Source: Azolla caroliniana (taxonomy: Eukaryota > Plantae > Polypodiophyta). From it: a stretch of 64,000 nucleotides of DNA. Below are positions 24,256-38,334 of this stretch, one piece after another. The first letter of the stretch is position 1; the number at the start of each line of letters is the position of its first letter. The notes under the pieces were generated by a model that worked only from the letters and a program-made list of their open reading frames with translations, made no database searches and was not told the origin of the DNA. The position numbers were made by a program, and so were the translations under genes. The DNA is taken from assembly GCA_043228905.1 (NCBI GenBank), contig JBHGNT010000015.1, positions 18,662,001 through 18,726,000 of the forward strand, written 5' to 3'.

Positions 24256-27200
24256 GCAATGTCATAGTACATAATTAAACATGACACTTTAATATAAACA
24301 TGTGCTTCCTTTTAGAGAGAAAGAGTATAAACAAGATTAACAAAGATAACGTATTCAACAAAATGAGGGATAATCATAGAATAAGAAACAACTAAGTGTA
24401 AGCCAAAGGCGATTAACTCTGGAGATGAGACAAGGGCTTGGTACAAATAGAAAGTTCTATGTGTACCTCACTTTGAAATCTAAACTACTTGTATCTCTAC
24501 ACACGTAGAAATTGATGTGTACTTGACATGCATAGATGGGAGAGTAAGTGGGATATCTAAAGAATACACTCCGTTAAATATAAAGTAGACTTTACTAGCA
24601 CACTGTGAATGGGGTTGATGTTGATATCTTAGCATATATCTCACCATCTTATAAACTGATAAATTTTAGAACTTTTTTCTAGCCATTACATGCTCATGTT
24701 TTCGCGTTCCCTCTCAAATTCAAGTTGTCGTGTGCTGATTATTTCTCTCGAGTGCTGAGGTTGATATCTTAACATATATCTTGCCATTTTTTAAAAGAGA
24801 AAACTTTTTTTGTCCTTTCATGCTCAAGTTTTTTTGCTCCTATTCTCACTCTACTTTCCCTTTTGGATTCAAGTTGTCGCACGCTATTTATCCCTCTTGA
24901 AGACCCTTTTCACTAAGTTTTGCATATAGGTCTGTCCTTTCTCTTTTATATCAACTTTTTCTTCACACATCACATTAAATGTTTACTCAGACATCTCCTC
25001 TACTTGATTTCTCAATTCATTCTCTTTAACACACTCCCCCCTCCCTTTCGCATTTTTCACACCGACACAATATATTTCACCTTTCATGTATTTGCTTTAT
25101 GATTGCATTCATACTAGAGTCCCTTATATTTAACACATTCTAACATTACAAACTAACTTAGTGTTGCCATCTACATTTGTTAACATGTATACTTTACCCT
25201 TGAAACGAAGATTATAAGGCTCCTAATCTCGAGTTCTAAGGTTTCAACTAATAAATTTTGTAACAATGAAAACCTAGATTACTAATGTTAGTCGTTCCAC
25301 AAAGAACATGGAAAGTAGACATGTAATCTTATTAAAGTATAGGACAGATATGTAGGCACATTCAAAGGGGAACTTTTGGAAATAGTTATAAGTCTCCAAG
25401 TAAATGGGCATCTCGGGAAAAGACATTAGTTTTCTTTTTAACTATCACATTCAAAGAGACTATAAAGAAGTGTAAGGGCCATTTATGGACCGTTTAGGAG
25501 TAAAGAGGAAAAGGCATTCAATGTATCCTTTTCACTCCCTTCATCGATTGTATATAAACCCTTATTGACGAGCAAGTGGTTTGGGAACGTGTCCATTACT
25601 TTTTGTATTAGCTTAAGTCTTGAGAGGTAGTCATCAAGAGTAATTGGTACTCTCTTCCACTGTAATCATCTCTCTTGCCTTAATTGCATATTAAGATACT
25701 TGATAATAGAGTGCCATTATAGCTTATACTTCCTTGTTCCTCAGACTTAATGAAGTTTAATTAAATCATTACCTACTCCTTGCTTAGCCCCATGAATTTT
25801 AAATAGTGATCAAGTGTGTGTTTCTTAACTAGATTATTGGCTTCAGATGTTTGTTACCTCACCATTGGCTATTCTAACGACTATTTCGGGTGATTGCTTA
25901 CTTAAGTGTTGAGTTGACCTCAACATCCCTAATTAATAAACATTAATCCTTGTGTTGCATGAGTCCAAGTGACACTAGCCCTCTTCAAAGCTAAAATGTT
26001 GGTAGTTTGATCATTTCCTAACCATTTCTTTGCTTGTTATCAAAGGAGAGGAGGCAATCATCATCGTTGGAAATGTCCATCACGACCCAAGATCAACAAC
26101 TAAGTTCATCAATGGATATGGATTTCAAACAATTATTAGCTAAGTAGATTTTGGGAGCTATAACAAAGTAAAACCTATTATACAAAAAGAAAATCATTCA
26201 TGAAGCTCCACTGTATATATGGAGTTCAAACTTTTAACTAACACGTTCAAACAAATATAATGAACAACTATTAATAAATGTACATAAGAGTCTTGTCGCG
26301 TTTGTTTTGTGAATAGATGTGCAAAGCCATATAAAGTATTTCCAATATTATATGTAAGTTAGTCAGTGTGCTATAAATATATATCCAAGCATCAAGCCTT
26401 GTATTGCGTGTGAATTGATGTGTATGCGAGTTTATATACATATATAATGGGTGAATTATACAAGAATGCACGATATAACCTTATTATAATAGGTTAGCAT
26501 GTAAAATAACTATAAGAACAAAGTCATAGCCTTTGCATGCATATGTATGAGGGTGTGAATACAAGAAAAAACAACCTAGCCTTATTAAAGTGAGAGAGAA
26601 CCACACGTGGACAAAGCACCTATGAAGAGCACTCCCATGCATGACATTGGTAGGCATGACCCAATATAGATGACAACAATTATTGCAAGTGAGACAATAA
26701 CAACATTGTCATACAATAACATGATTGTATTTGGTTGGAGCCATTGGTTGATTCAACAAGGATGGTTTGTCGATCAATGTCAATGGTAAGAAGTTATGTT
26801 GAGATATTATTGTATTTTTCTTCACTCAAGTGGTACGAAACTCGTTGAGATGGGGGCGATTTACTTTTGGCAACAATTGCAATAGATTGGCATCGATTCT
26901 AACAAAATGGAAGATTAGTTGACGATTCAAAGAATCTAACTTTGACATTTTCATATTGTCATGGTTTTGTGTGTCTGACAATGGGAAGAAAGGAAAAAAC
27001 AACAAGATCATATAATAATCGAGTGTTCAATTCATATTGTTAAGGAAGCTACCGAAGACACTGGTTGCCTATGTTTCTATCATAACAAGTTCTTATAGTG
27101 CTAAAGCACATCCATTATGAAAATCACTTTGCGAGGGCTTGTCAAGTTACGTGACTAAATGAAAAGACATTATATTCGATACAATTGTTTGGCCAATTGT

Positions 27201-27690
27201 AAAGTGTTGGATCCAAGGAATCATTCGACAACTGTACCAGAAGTAATAGTTTCGATCAACTATTTGAGAACTACATTCAAATTGTTATTTGAAATACACA
27301 ATGTTCAATGACTTATTAGACAACTCATAAAAAAAAACCACAAGAAGCGTGTTGTTTGACGAATCAAGAATCGATAGTTATGAAACATCATTTGACAACC
27401 AATAAAAGAGAAACTCTATGTTAACTGGTGAAATTTAACGAGTTATTCCACAATTGATAGGAAAGCATCGAGATTCGATGAGTTAGTCGATAACAAATTA
27501 AAGGGCAAGAGCATTGGAGAGGTTATATTGACCAATTGAAAAAAGTGTTGGATTGATTAGGTAATATTTGTACTATCGGTTAAAACGCGACCGATGGGGA
27601 AAACTTGGGGAGAATCATCACTTTTGACAAAGTTATAAGGCCAATTGAAAAGCACAAAATCTAACAAGTTCGTCCAAAACACTTGCTCAA

Positions 27691-28349
27691 CAATTCATCG
27701 AAGAGCACCGAATATGACGAAATCATCTCACAGCTGATCGAAAGCCAAGCATAAGCAATCCATCGAAGAGTATAAAATCCGATGAAATCATCTCATAGTT
27801 GATCGGAAAGCCAAGCAGTAAAGCAAACAATCCATCGAAGAGCATCGAATCTTAACAAAATCCGTTTGATAGAACCAAAAGCAAGTCGGGCAATTTAAGA
27901 CAAACGGTCGAGGAGCAACGGGTGGGCGCGGTCGGTCCAGTCCAACCAACAATTATTATTCAAGCATGATGGCAGACCAGCAAAATTCATTCGACAGAAC
28001 CGAAAGGAAGCCGAACAATTTAAGACGATCGGTCAAGGAGCAACGGGTGGGTGTGGTCGGTTCAACCGACAATTATTATTCAAGCGTGATGGCATACCAA
28101 CAAAATTCGTTTGACAGAACCGAAAGGAAGCCGAGCAATTTAAGATTATCGGTCGAGGAGCAACGGGTGGGTGTGGTTGGGTTCAACCAACAATTATTAA
28201 TCAAGCATGATGGTAGACCAACAAAATCCGTTCGACAGAACTGAAAGGAAGGCCGAGCAAATTAAGATGAATGGTCGAGGAGCAACGACTGGGCTGGGTG
28301 CGGTCGGTCGAACCAACAATTATTATTCAAGCATGATTGCGGACCAACA
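27691..28349. repeat. Tandem repeats upstream of the PMT gene: ~65-72 bp x2.5, then ~120 bp x4
   Basis: CAATCCATCGAAGAG units at 27691-27855. The 120-bp units start at ~27856, 27981, 28101 and 28221. Confidence 0.9.
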
Positions 28350-28537
28350 ATAGACGGTAGAATGGGTTTGTCCGAGCGGATTTCAGGCCTTGGGGGGGGG
28401 GGGGAATGAGACGAGAAGAAGGAAAGGGTGGTGGTTATCTGGTGGCAACAAGAAGAGAGATTGGCCAGGAGGATGGGTCTCGTGGAACTGCCACCAGCAC
28501 GACCCATTTGAGGATGGACGGGCGAGGACGGCCTGTT

Positions 28538-28571
28538 GTCCATCTTTTGTCCGGCCGGACAAAAGATGGAC
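28538..28571. repeat. Perfect 34-bp palindrome
   Basis: GTCCATCTTTTGTCCGG|CCGGACAAAAGATGGAC. Confidence 0.95.
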
Positions 28572-29274
28572 GAGTGGCGGAGATTGGGCGGGGCCTACGA
28601 GCATCCCATCCATCCATTTCCATGGGACACCCACCCCCACCCACACGTGTGACCCCCCCTCCCCCCCAATCCATCCAAGCTTTCCATTGATTTGGCAGCC
28701 ATGGCGGTGGCTTTGCAGAGAAGATACCCTGTTCCTGTCTCTCCTTCTACTACTCAGACAAAAAAGATGAAGAAAGCGTATGGTGTGCCCACCATAGCTC
28801 AACTACCACTCCATTTCTCCCACTAATTGTTTCTTTTCCTCCTTCTCCTTCTTCTTCTCCTTCTTCTCCTCCTCCTCCTCCTCCTCCTCCTTCTTCTCCT
28901 TCTTCTAGCTTTCTGGAGAGGTCAATAAAGGGATCGATGCAGCACTAGGGTTCCGATCTGGCTTGCTAGGGTTAGCCTTTTGTTTCTAGGCTTTGCTCAC
29001 TGTCCTTTGATTCTCTGGTTACAAACCTGAATCTTTTGGGTTTGGTCAGGGTTTGCGTTAGTCCTTTATACCTGCTGCAAGCCTGTGGAGCTTGAGGTTT
29101 TGCTAGATGCTGTTTTTTCTGAGTTAGGGTTTCTTTAGGGTTAGGTCTTCCCTCTCATTTTTGGATTCGTTTTCCCTCCAATTTCAAATTTGTAGGGCTA
29201 GTGTTTTCTTGGTCAGAGATAGGTTTTTTTGTGTAGCATTGTTTTTTCCCATTCATTTGCAAAATTCAAAAGGC

Positions 29275-32200
29275 ATGGGATCTCCTAAGAAGTCAGCACA
29301 GTCCGATACTTCTTCGTCTTCCAAGTCATGGAGCACAACTTCTATACTCTTTGTAATGGCACTTTGCTTTCTCTGCTACATACTTGGAGCATGGCAGAAT
29401 TCTTCTCCTCCTCTAAAACCAGACGAAGAAGAAAATCGAGCTCTTGAAAGAGCTTCATCATCATCATCACCGTCATCATCGTCTTCTTCAAAGAATCCAA
29501 TAGATTGTTCATCATCGTCTTCATCAGGCTCCCTCAACTTTGAAGCTCGCCATAGCTCAGACGAGTCCGAAACTGGTGTCAGCGGACATATCGAATCATG
29601 TGGACCTGAGTTTGTGGATCTCACACCGTGCCAAGATCCCGTGCGTGCACACAAATTCCCACGTGAAAAGCTCATCTACAGAGAAAGACATTGTCCAAAA
29701 GAAGAAGAAGAAGACAAGATGAATCTCAATTGTCTTGTTCCTGCACCCCGTGGTTATAAAACACCGTTTGCATGGCCGAAGAGCCGAGACTTTGCTTGGT
29801 TTGCGAATGTACCTCATAAGGAGCTAACTGTAGAGAAAGCTATTCAAAATTGGATCCAATTTGAAGGGGATCGCTTCCGGTTCCCTGGTGGTGGTACGAT
29901 GTTTCCTCGTGGTGCTGGAGCTTATATTGATGATATTGGCGCTTTGATTCCTTTGTCAGATGGATCGATCCGAACAGCTCTCGACACTGGTTGTGGGGTT
30001 AGTTTATACTCTCTCTCTCTCATCTTACGCATTTTATTTTATTTTTTCTAATTATTTATACTCATTTGCTAGACTTTGATACAAGCCACTTGAATAGGTT
30101 TTCTAGAGTGAAGAGCTTAGATGCTAAAGAGCTATGATTCCATAGAGAATAGGATCTGAACCCATTAGAATATGTTAATGGGTTCATTCATGAAATATCC
30201 AAAGGAGTGTAGGAACCAGATCCTACAGAATATAGCTATGGATGTACACATTTGTAGATGTTTTTTTAATGTCTATGGAAGCCTAGAAATGTTCCATTCC
30301 AATAGCTTCGCTAGATGCTGAAAGCCCGCGATGAACTACGCCCAGTAATGGGTTTACAAATTTGTTGAAGGTTTATGTTATGTTTATTAGTCTAGATATG
30401 ATCCTCACTAATTGATTATGTGTTGTATTTGGAGAGAATTTGGTATTATCTAGAATCTGGTATTCAGTTAATTCATGTATGAGCCATGGAGAATGGTATA
30501 TATCCTTGTGGGTATTTTGTGGAAGTTTAGTACACCACAAACTATGAACTTAGATGTTGAAACAGTATAGCATATGATAATGGGCTCGCTTGTGAAAGAT
30601 CCATGGAGATTAGGAACTAGATCCACTAATAATGGGTTATTTTATGAAAGATCTATGGAGAGTAGGAACTTGATCTACTGAAATATGCTTTAATGGGATA
30701 GCTCATGAAAGATCCATGGAGAATAGTAACAAGATCCATTTTAATATGCTAACTGGGTTGATTCATGGAAGACATATGGGTAATGAGAACTACAAAGTGA
30801 GGTAACTTCGTGGGTGCTAAGATCTAGTATCAAATTTGTGGGATCCAGGCTTGTGAAGCTCAAAGTCTGCATAAGAAAAGTGAATGAAGTTATTTAAGGG
30901 ATATGTGCACACACCATACTTACATAACCTTAATAAGGAGTGAATAATGTTGCTTGAAAGACTCTGAACTGAGTTTTTGTGTTTGCTCATAACATATACC
31001 GTATTAATGTAATTAAAAAAATTGCTTTTTAATTGGTAATTGCAACATCAGTCTCTAAATTTCTGCATTATAGGTTGCAAGTTGGGGCGCCTATCTTCAG
31101 GATAGAGACATTTTAGCGATGTCATTTGCACCGAGGGATTCACACGAAGCTCAAGTGCAATTTGCATTAGAGAGAGGGGTTCCTGCCATGATCGGTATCA
31201 TGTCCACCGAACGCCTTCCTTACCCTGCACGTGCGTTCGATATGGCTCATTGTTCTCGTTGCTTAATACCATGGAGCCAATATGGTAATTTTCGAGAGCC
31301 TCTCTTGTTATATGTACATTTTGTTAGTATTATTTGAAATTTGAGTCTTTATTATACGAATTACCATTTGAAATTGAAACTTTATTTGAGCATATCACAC
31401 ACTTCATATTAAAAAATATACGTATGTGTGCTCGTGAACCATAAATGCTACCCAATGCAAGGAAAGCCCCATCTCACTCCAAAATTAGGAGGTAATTGAG
31501 ATGGATTGATGCTTCATTCCGTTTTCCGTATTTTATGATGTAAGGTATGTAAACGCGGCCTTTTATATGAGACCTCTAAGCATGTAATTATTGCCCTTAA
31601 TATAAAGTAACATCCTATTTACCTTCACCTGTTCTGATCAAATCTAAAGGATGTAAAAGTGTTTATCCATGCTCTCTATTAATGCTCGATATTGGTTCAC
31701 ATATATGATTATGACCATCCTGGTTCATTAGCATTTCCTTACATGCGTATAACAGAAAAATGGGCTATATTGATAGTACATGAATCACTGTCAATCCAAT
31801 GGGTGTAAATTGTACTTAATAATTCACACTGTCAAATATTTCAATGCTTGACATCTACATTTATTCATATATGTGTCTATGAGTACCAACATATTTTTAT
31901 ATTTGTCATGCAGATGGGCTATACTTGATCGAGGTGGATCGAGTCCTGAGGCCAGGAGGTTATTGGATTTTATCTGGTCCTCCTATAAATTGGAAGACTC
32001 ATTGGCAGAGTTGGCAGAGAACTCAAGAGGATCTGAAAGCTGAACAAGACTCTATCGAAGATCTAGCAAGGAGGCTTTGTTGGACAAAAGTAGCTGAAAA
32101 GAGTAACATTGCAATTTGGCAAAAACCTTTGAACCACAAGCTGTGTGCCGTATATCATAGTGGAGACTTGCTGCCCCGTATTTGCAAAGGCGAGAACGCT

Positions 32201-34381
32201 GACCTCGGATGGTCTCTCTCTCTTTCTCTCTCTTTCTCTCTCTGTGTCACATTAAATTTTGCCTTTCTTGTTTTGCATGACATTCATGTTTAGGTGATGC
32301 TTGGAATTTTAACTTTTGCATATGTTACTATCACATTTTATTTCATGATTAATTTACGTCTCACTACCTCCAATACATGCCATCATGCATCCACTCCGAG
32401 TTGTGGATGGAGCGAACCATATAGTTCCCATAGTGACATGTCATGCTTGTATATCACTTAGTGTATAGGATCACCATAATCATGATGGTTGCTCTGCATT
32501 ATTTTTCCTTTATTGTTTGCTGAGAGGATTCCTCTTCGTTTACTTCTGAATTGTTTCATAGGCCCAAACTTCATCTCTAGTAGCCCTCCATAACTCTCTC
32601 TATCTCTCTATCTCTCTATCTTGTTTTGGCCTCTTGTTTATAAAACTTACATGTTTAAAAGCTAAGACAACGCTGCTTTCTGAATGTTTTTCTATCTTTA
32701 TTTATAGGTACAGAAAGATGGAAACCTGTATCACTCCTCTTCCAGAGGTGGCAGAACAAAGCGAAGTCTCGGGTGGAAAGCTAGAACATTGGCCACAAAG
32801 AGTGTCGGTGGTTCCCCCGAGAATCAAGAGTGGCTCCTTGCCAAGTATAAATGCTGAAAGCTTCAATGCCGACACGAAATTGTGGTTGGAAAGAGTTTCT
32901 TATTACAAAAACCGTGTTATCCGCCCCCTTGGCAATGGAAGGTACCGGAACATTATGGACATGAATGCAGGCCTCGGTGGGTTTGCTGCTGCTTTGGCGA
33001 AGGATAAAGTTTGGGTTATGAATGTCGTTCCTTATGATGCCAAGGACAACACCCTTGGTGTCATTTATGAAAGAGGACTTATCGGAACCTATCAGAACTG
33101 GTATTATATTGCATATCCTAGTGGACTTGGGCCCTTATATGTTTAGTTGGAAACTAGAATTAGCTTTTACTTGGTTAGATAATTTTGTATAAATATCCAC
33201 CCACATGCGCTCAAGCCTTTAATGTTTAGTTAAAAGTTAGAACTAGTGTTTTCTTGGCTTGCTAACTTTGTATAAATATCCACCCACATGCTCTCAAGCC
33301 CTTTAATGTTTAGTTAGGAATTAGAACTAGCGTTTTCTTAGTTAGCTAACATTGTATAGACATCCACATGCTCTTACACCCTGCATTTAACAAACAAATT
33401 TACAAGGTCCATGCTTCAAATCCTTTATGTTTCTAGAACTAGGGCTAATGTGGCTAGCCAACGTTATTTTGGTTGCATGCTTTCAATCCCTTGATGTTGT
33501 TAGATAGACATTATTCTTGCCTTGCTAACATTATGCAAAGCTACAGGATCTTAAACCTTGAGAATGGTGTTTATTTAGAGTTTTCTTGGGCAGAGAATAT
33601 TATCCAAGGCCACATGCTCTTAAGCTCTTAAGTGGTTAAAACCTAGGTTTTCTTGGGTTTGCTAACATTAAATAAGACCCACGTGCGCATTAGTGGTTGA
33701 TTGTTAGCCCTAGGGTTTTCATTCCTAAGCTAACCTTTTATGTGATCTTTTAACCCTTGTTATGTAATATAGGATTTTCTTCGCGTAACTAGCAGAATTA
33801 TAAGATCCATACTTGTAAGATTGCGATATTGTTAAATGTAGGATTTTCTTTGTTTTTCTAATTGTGTATCCTTGTTTACATTCTCTTAAACCACTATATT
33901 ATTAGAATTTAGGGTTTTTCTTTTCTTAGCCAATTTTCTATAATGCCAGGTGTGAAGCATTCTCCACGTATCCTAGGACGTATGATCTCCTCCATGCAAC
34001 CTCACTGCTGAGCATGTATGAAGACAGGTAGTTCTTCAGTCTGACTTCATTGATGAGCTTGCCTTCTATGCTATTTTGAACTTTCATTGTTAACACACTA
34101 AAAAATATGCTCTTTTTATTTGTCACTTTCCTTTCTGCAGGTGTAACTTGGAGAAAATTCTTTTTGAAATGGACCGGATCCTTCGGCCAGATGGTGCCGT
34201 GATAATGCGTGATAATGTTGATGTTCTCAATAAAGCGAGACAGATTATGGGTAGAATGAGGTGGGAGAACAAGCTTGTTGATCATGAAAATGGTCCGTTT
34301 GTGGAGGAGAAGATACTGGTGGCTGTGAAGACGTACTGGGTGGATGATGGTGTATCAAAGAATGCAACCAAGGCAACATAA
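29275..34381 (+). CDS. Probable SAM-dependent methyltransferase, DUF248/Methyltransf_29 (PMT, putative pectin methyltransferase), ~647 aa
   Basis: Exons 29275-29997, 31074-31284, 31914-32211, 32708-33100, 33950-34027 and 34141-34381, all GT-AG and in frame (1944 nt). N-terminal TM anchor; motifs [57 protein letters not shown]. Confidence 0.95.
30110..30800. repeat. Degenerate ~58-bp minisatellite in PMT intron 1
   Basis: Recurring GAAAGATCCATGGAGA..AGGAACTAGATCC..AATGGG units. Confidence 0.7.
33130..33920. repeat. Degenerate ~60-80-bp repeats in PMT intron 4
   Basis: Recurring CCACATGCTCT..TTAATGTTTAGTT..TTTTCTTGG..GCTAAC units. Confidence 0.65.
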
Positions 34382-37300
34382 AGCCGCCCTTGAGCTTTGC
34401 GTTCTATGTGATGAGGTTTCAGGGTCACTATGATCACTTGATTGACAAGTGCTCTATTTCAGGTGAGCATTGAGGATTCAAAAGGCTACTTACCTGGGAG
34501 TGCAAGAACCCATCTTGAATACTAAACGAAGCAATACTTGTGCTCAACATATATGGTATAACCACTATCATTTGTAAGCCCATTTTTTTGATTTTACTAT
34601 ATAGTTAGCTACCTGAATGCTTGTATTTTTCACCATGAAGAGGATACACACACATTTACTCTTCTGGATCAAAAATATTTCTCAACCTCTTTTGTTACAT
34701 GGTGGGTTATGCATGGAAACCTTTCTTTTACAGTATACATGTTATTGCCCTTCTTAAGCTCAGGATTTTAGAACTTGCATTTTTGGTTATAATTAGCATT
34801 GGTACATGTGTTATAACACTCTTTGATCAACGAATAAATAGTTGCAGTTCCTCCATCTTAACTGTGGGAATAAAGTGTTAAGAAAAATAACCCTAGGGCA
34901 TGAATTAGTAAATTAGAATTAACAGTTAGATTTACAAGACATAATGAGTGATGTTATGCAAGCGTTAAGAGTGGTACCAAAACGTATGGAGGCACAAAAG
35001 CTTCGTTTATGACAAATATTAAAATGTCATGTAAAGCACTCAGACCTTTCTATGACAATATACTAGTAACTAATCTGTGCTGTTTCTTGGTAAATCTTTC
35101 ACCTGTCGAGAATCCAGATCTCGTTAGTTCTAATCGATTCATTGGTTATGTTGAATCTTGATGCGCACTATATGTACGCATGTTTCTCATGTTTCGTTAT
35201 TTGGACATCTAACAACCCCAAAGGTTCTGTAGGGAAAATCATGAATGTAGTGCACATTATTACTTGGGCTAAATATGAGAGTGAAAGTTTGATAGTCAAT
35301 AAGCACTAGGTAATCACACTAGGACAACAACAAAGCGTCTATTAGTATTTGAACCTAACCAGTTTTGGCAATGGAAATATGTAATTCTATTTTCATAGAA
35401 CACCCCTTCCCCCTCTTCAACAAGAGATAGTAAATGCTATGTTATTATCCATTTGTTGAATGACACAAAGGTCACCTATTAGTCAAATCTTAACATTAAA
35501 CAAGTGATTCATTGATCTTGCATGTGATGAAGAATGATCAATAACCATATCATTCAGAGGATTGAAAACCTCAACCTTGATTTTCAACTTGATCACATAA
35601 CCAAGCTTTGACAACTGACCAAACTAAAACTTTTAGGATTCAAACCAGTATGTTGTAAAACTTCGAATTTAATTGACAAGGAATTAAGATCTACATTGGG
35701 GCAATTACACAAAGCTTAAAGCATAATAACCTCACAAGACTTTATTAGTTTAAAAGCTATCCAATTATGGTAATGATAACATTGTAATAATTTAAGATGT
35801 TATGACTTTAATGATATTGGCAGTTAACTAAGAGCTAAGATTGTTCGAAGAAACATGTTAACTATAATCTACTGAGCTAGGAAACACATGAGAACATTTG
35901 CAAAAGTAAAGTCAAGATATGATGTTAGTATGCATGATCTATATTATAGGTATTCTAGTTTCTCTAAAAATGTCTAGAATTGAAGTGGACATCCTAAAAC
36001 AACAAAAAACATTCATCATGCTCTTCACAAAGGGTGAGAGGTGAGGTGTTCTAGTTTCGAATGTGTAGGTTTGTTAGTTCATAGATTTTTCATGTACATT
36101 TATTTTTCCGTTGGATCATGCATGGCCATCCAAGCCATGTATTGAGTCAATTGTCACACCAAGATGCATGCCTAACTTGTTAAGCTATTGTTATCTTGAT
36201 GCTCTCACATTTGTGTATTTATTTCATGTAAACTATAAAAATTGCTTGCATTGTTTGGCAAATTAATTTATTCAATGTAAGGATCATGGTGTAATGACTC
36301 ATTAGGTCTGTGGCCCTCTAAATTTGTAATGATGGTTTGCATGTGGCTCTCAAGCAAGTAATGTACTCAACATATTTAAGCATATAAAATCTCATTGTTG
36401 TTGATATCAATTCTTGAAATATTGGAGGACAAATCAAAATTTTCATATGGTTAATTGTATGGAGGTTAGGAGAGCCTTTGCTCATGCTATATTCTCTTCT
36501 TCCATCTCACAATTTGGAAGTTCTTAACACCACCGAGACTAACTTATAGCAAACATTGGATTTGTCTTAAATCCAAACACTAAGAATTCATTCCCAATCT
36601 ATAGATTAGTTCATACAAAGCTCCATAATTGTCACTCTTCATGATGAACACATTCAATCCATCCATACATTTACATTCTCATAAGGTATATATTATATGC
36701 ACACATTTCATAACATGACACGTAGATTCTCTGAATTAGAATTTAACAGATTTGATGGTTCAAGGGTGACAAAACCCTAGTTCTTTCAAACACTAGGTAG
36801 GGAAATCTCTAAATAACAAAGAAGAGTCCAAGTCAACCTTTCGTACTCACTACATCTACTCTCCATAGGATATCAAGTCTATTTGCTTGTTACTGTAAGT
36901 TTAGGTTGTACCTTCACGCTCAATGCTACTTGAGGTATGTCACCATTACCTATTGTTTGCAGATTTTTTAAAGGTCTGCACCTTGGGCTACTCCATGTGG
37001 GGGCTCACACAAAACTTATTCGATGCAAAAACACTGGCCCCCCATTCCCAATCCCAATTCCTTGTTCTCTAAACAAAAGATGTCCACCCTCATTTTCTAT
37101 ACAATTCCGCTGCTGCTTCCTCATTTACCCTATCTAATGCACCAATATCCATGCTCTTTTACCCTATATAGGTCACAAGATATTGTGGATAGATGATTAG
37201 AAAGAAGAGAATAAATAACGTCATATTCATCAGAAGGTTAATTCTTAAAAATGGACACTAGTGAGCCAAAACTTTGCCTTCTTGGCAGCAAATTATAGAT

Positions 37301-38334
37301 TTCCTTGTCGATTGCTAATGGTTTAACAAAACAAAACACTCCCTATGATCTCAGAAAGTTACACAAAGAAGCATATCTTAGCATAAATGAAAGAAATGGA
37401 ATGGAGCTACACTCGTTTAAGCCATCTGTTACTCAATTTAGGATCTCTGGCTTTTTACTTACATAAAGAAGACAATTCTTTTACAGCGTACTTTCATCGT
37501 TTCCTCAAATGCTCCCAAGCTTTCATTACTCCCTGAAACACCCTTGATCACCATTCCTTTCAAAATGTCCCCTTTTTCACTATTTGTGGGATTGACAAGG
37601 AACCTATTCATTATCCCTTTTTTACTCTTTGGATAATTGTATAGATTTAGAACTTTTATCGTCCATAAAGAGGCCAAATTTGACCTATGGAACCAGAGTA
37701 TACATGTGTTCTTGATATGTCTCCTTCCTAAAAAGGGGTATTCATAAAGGGGAAAATAAAGGAAGCCTAGGTGGTATTACCCACTTTTCTTATTATTCAA
37801 ATATAGCAAGATTTCTCTACATGGCAAAATGCTACACATCTCTACTCTTAATGAAAAGCCTAGATAGGCAAATAACACTTGGTTTCTTTTGCAAGTAGTT
37901 TTGCATATTTTTGATATAATAACAATTCAGCCCCCATCTGCTGACTTTCTACAATGCCTCGTACAAACAGAATCATGTCCATGTTTGCCCCAAAGGTCGG
38001 TAAAGTCTAAAAACCACCCAAAAGATAAATTGTATGGTTTGATGACATTCTCTAGATTCCAGAAAATTTTCATATTGCATCTCAATCACCACCAAACTCT
38101 TTAATAACAATCGACATGAGAGAATACTACAAGGTATACATCATTTTACTAAAGACATTTGTGATTTGTCTATTGGGCAAAAGGGTAAACCAACTTTGCA
38201 ATTAAAACAAACATCCAATTGACTTTGAATTGTTGGCATTGAACACAACGAGATGAAAAAAAATGCACCAAAAATCCACCTTGCATCAAAATTCACTTCC
38301 ACCCCTCTTACATGAATGCATGTTTGTTCATTGA

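Noticed and set aside
25380-26110. Possible ancient Gypsy protease/integrase scraps
   Set aside because: Only faint motifs (VRIANG, NYHIQRD); too degenerate to call without a search.
37040-37760. Possible L1-like LINE remnant between PMT and COPE
   Set aside because: No diagnostic RT motif recoverable by eye.
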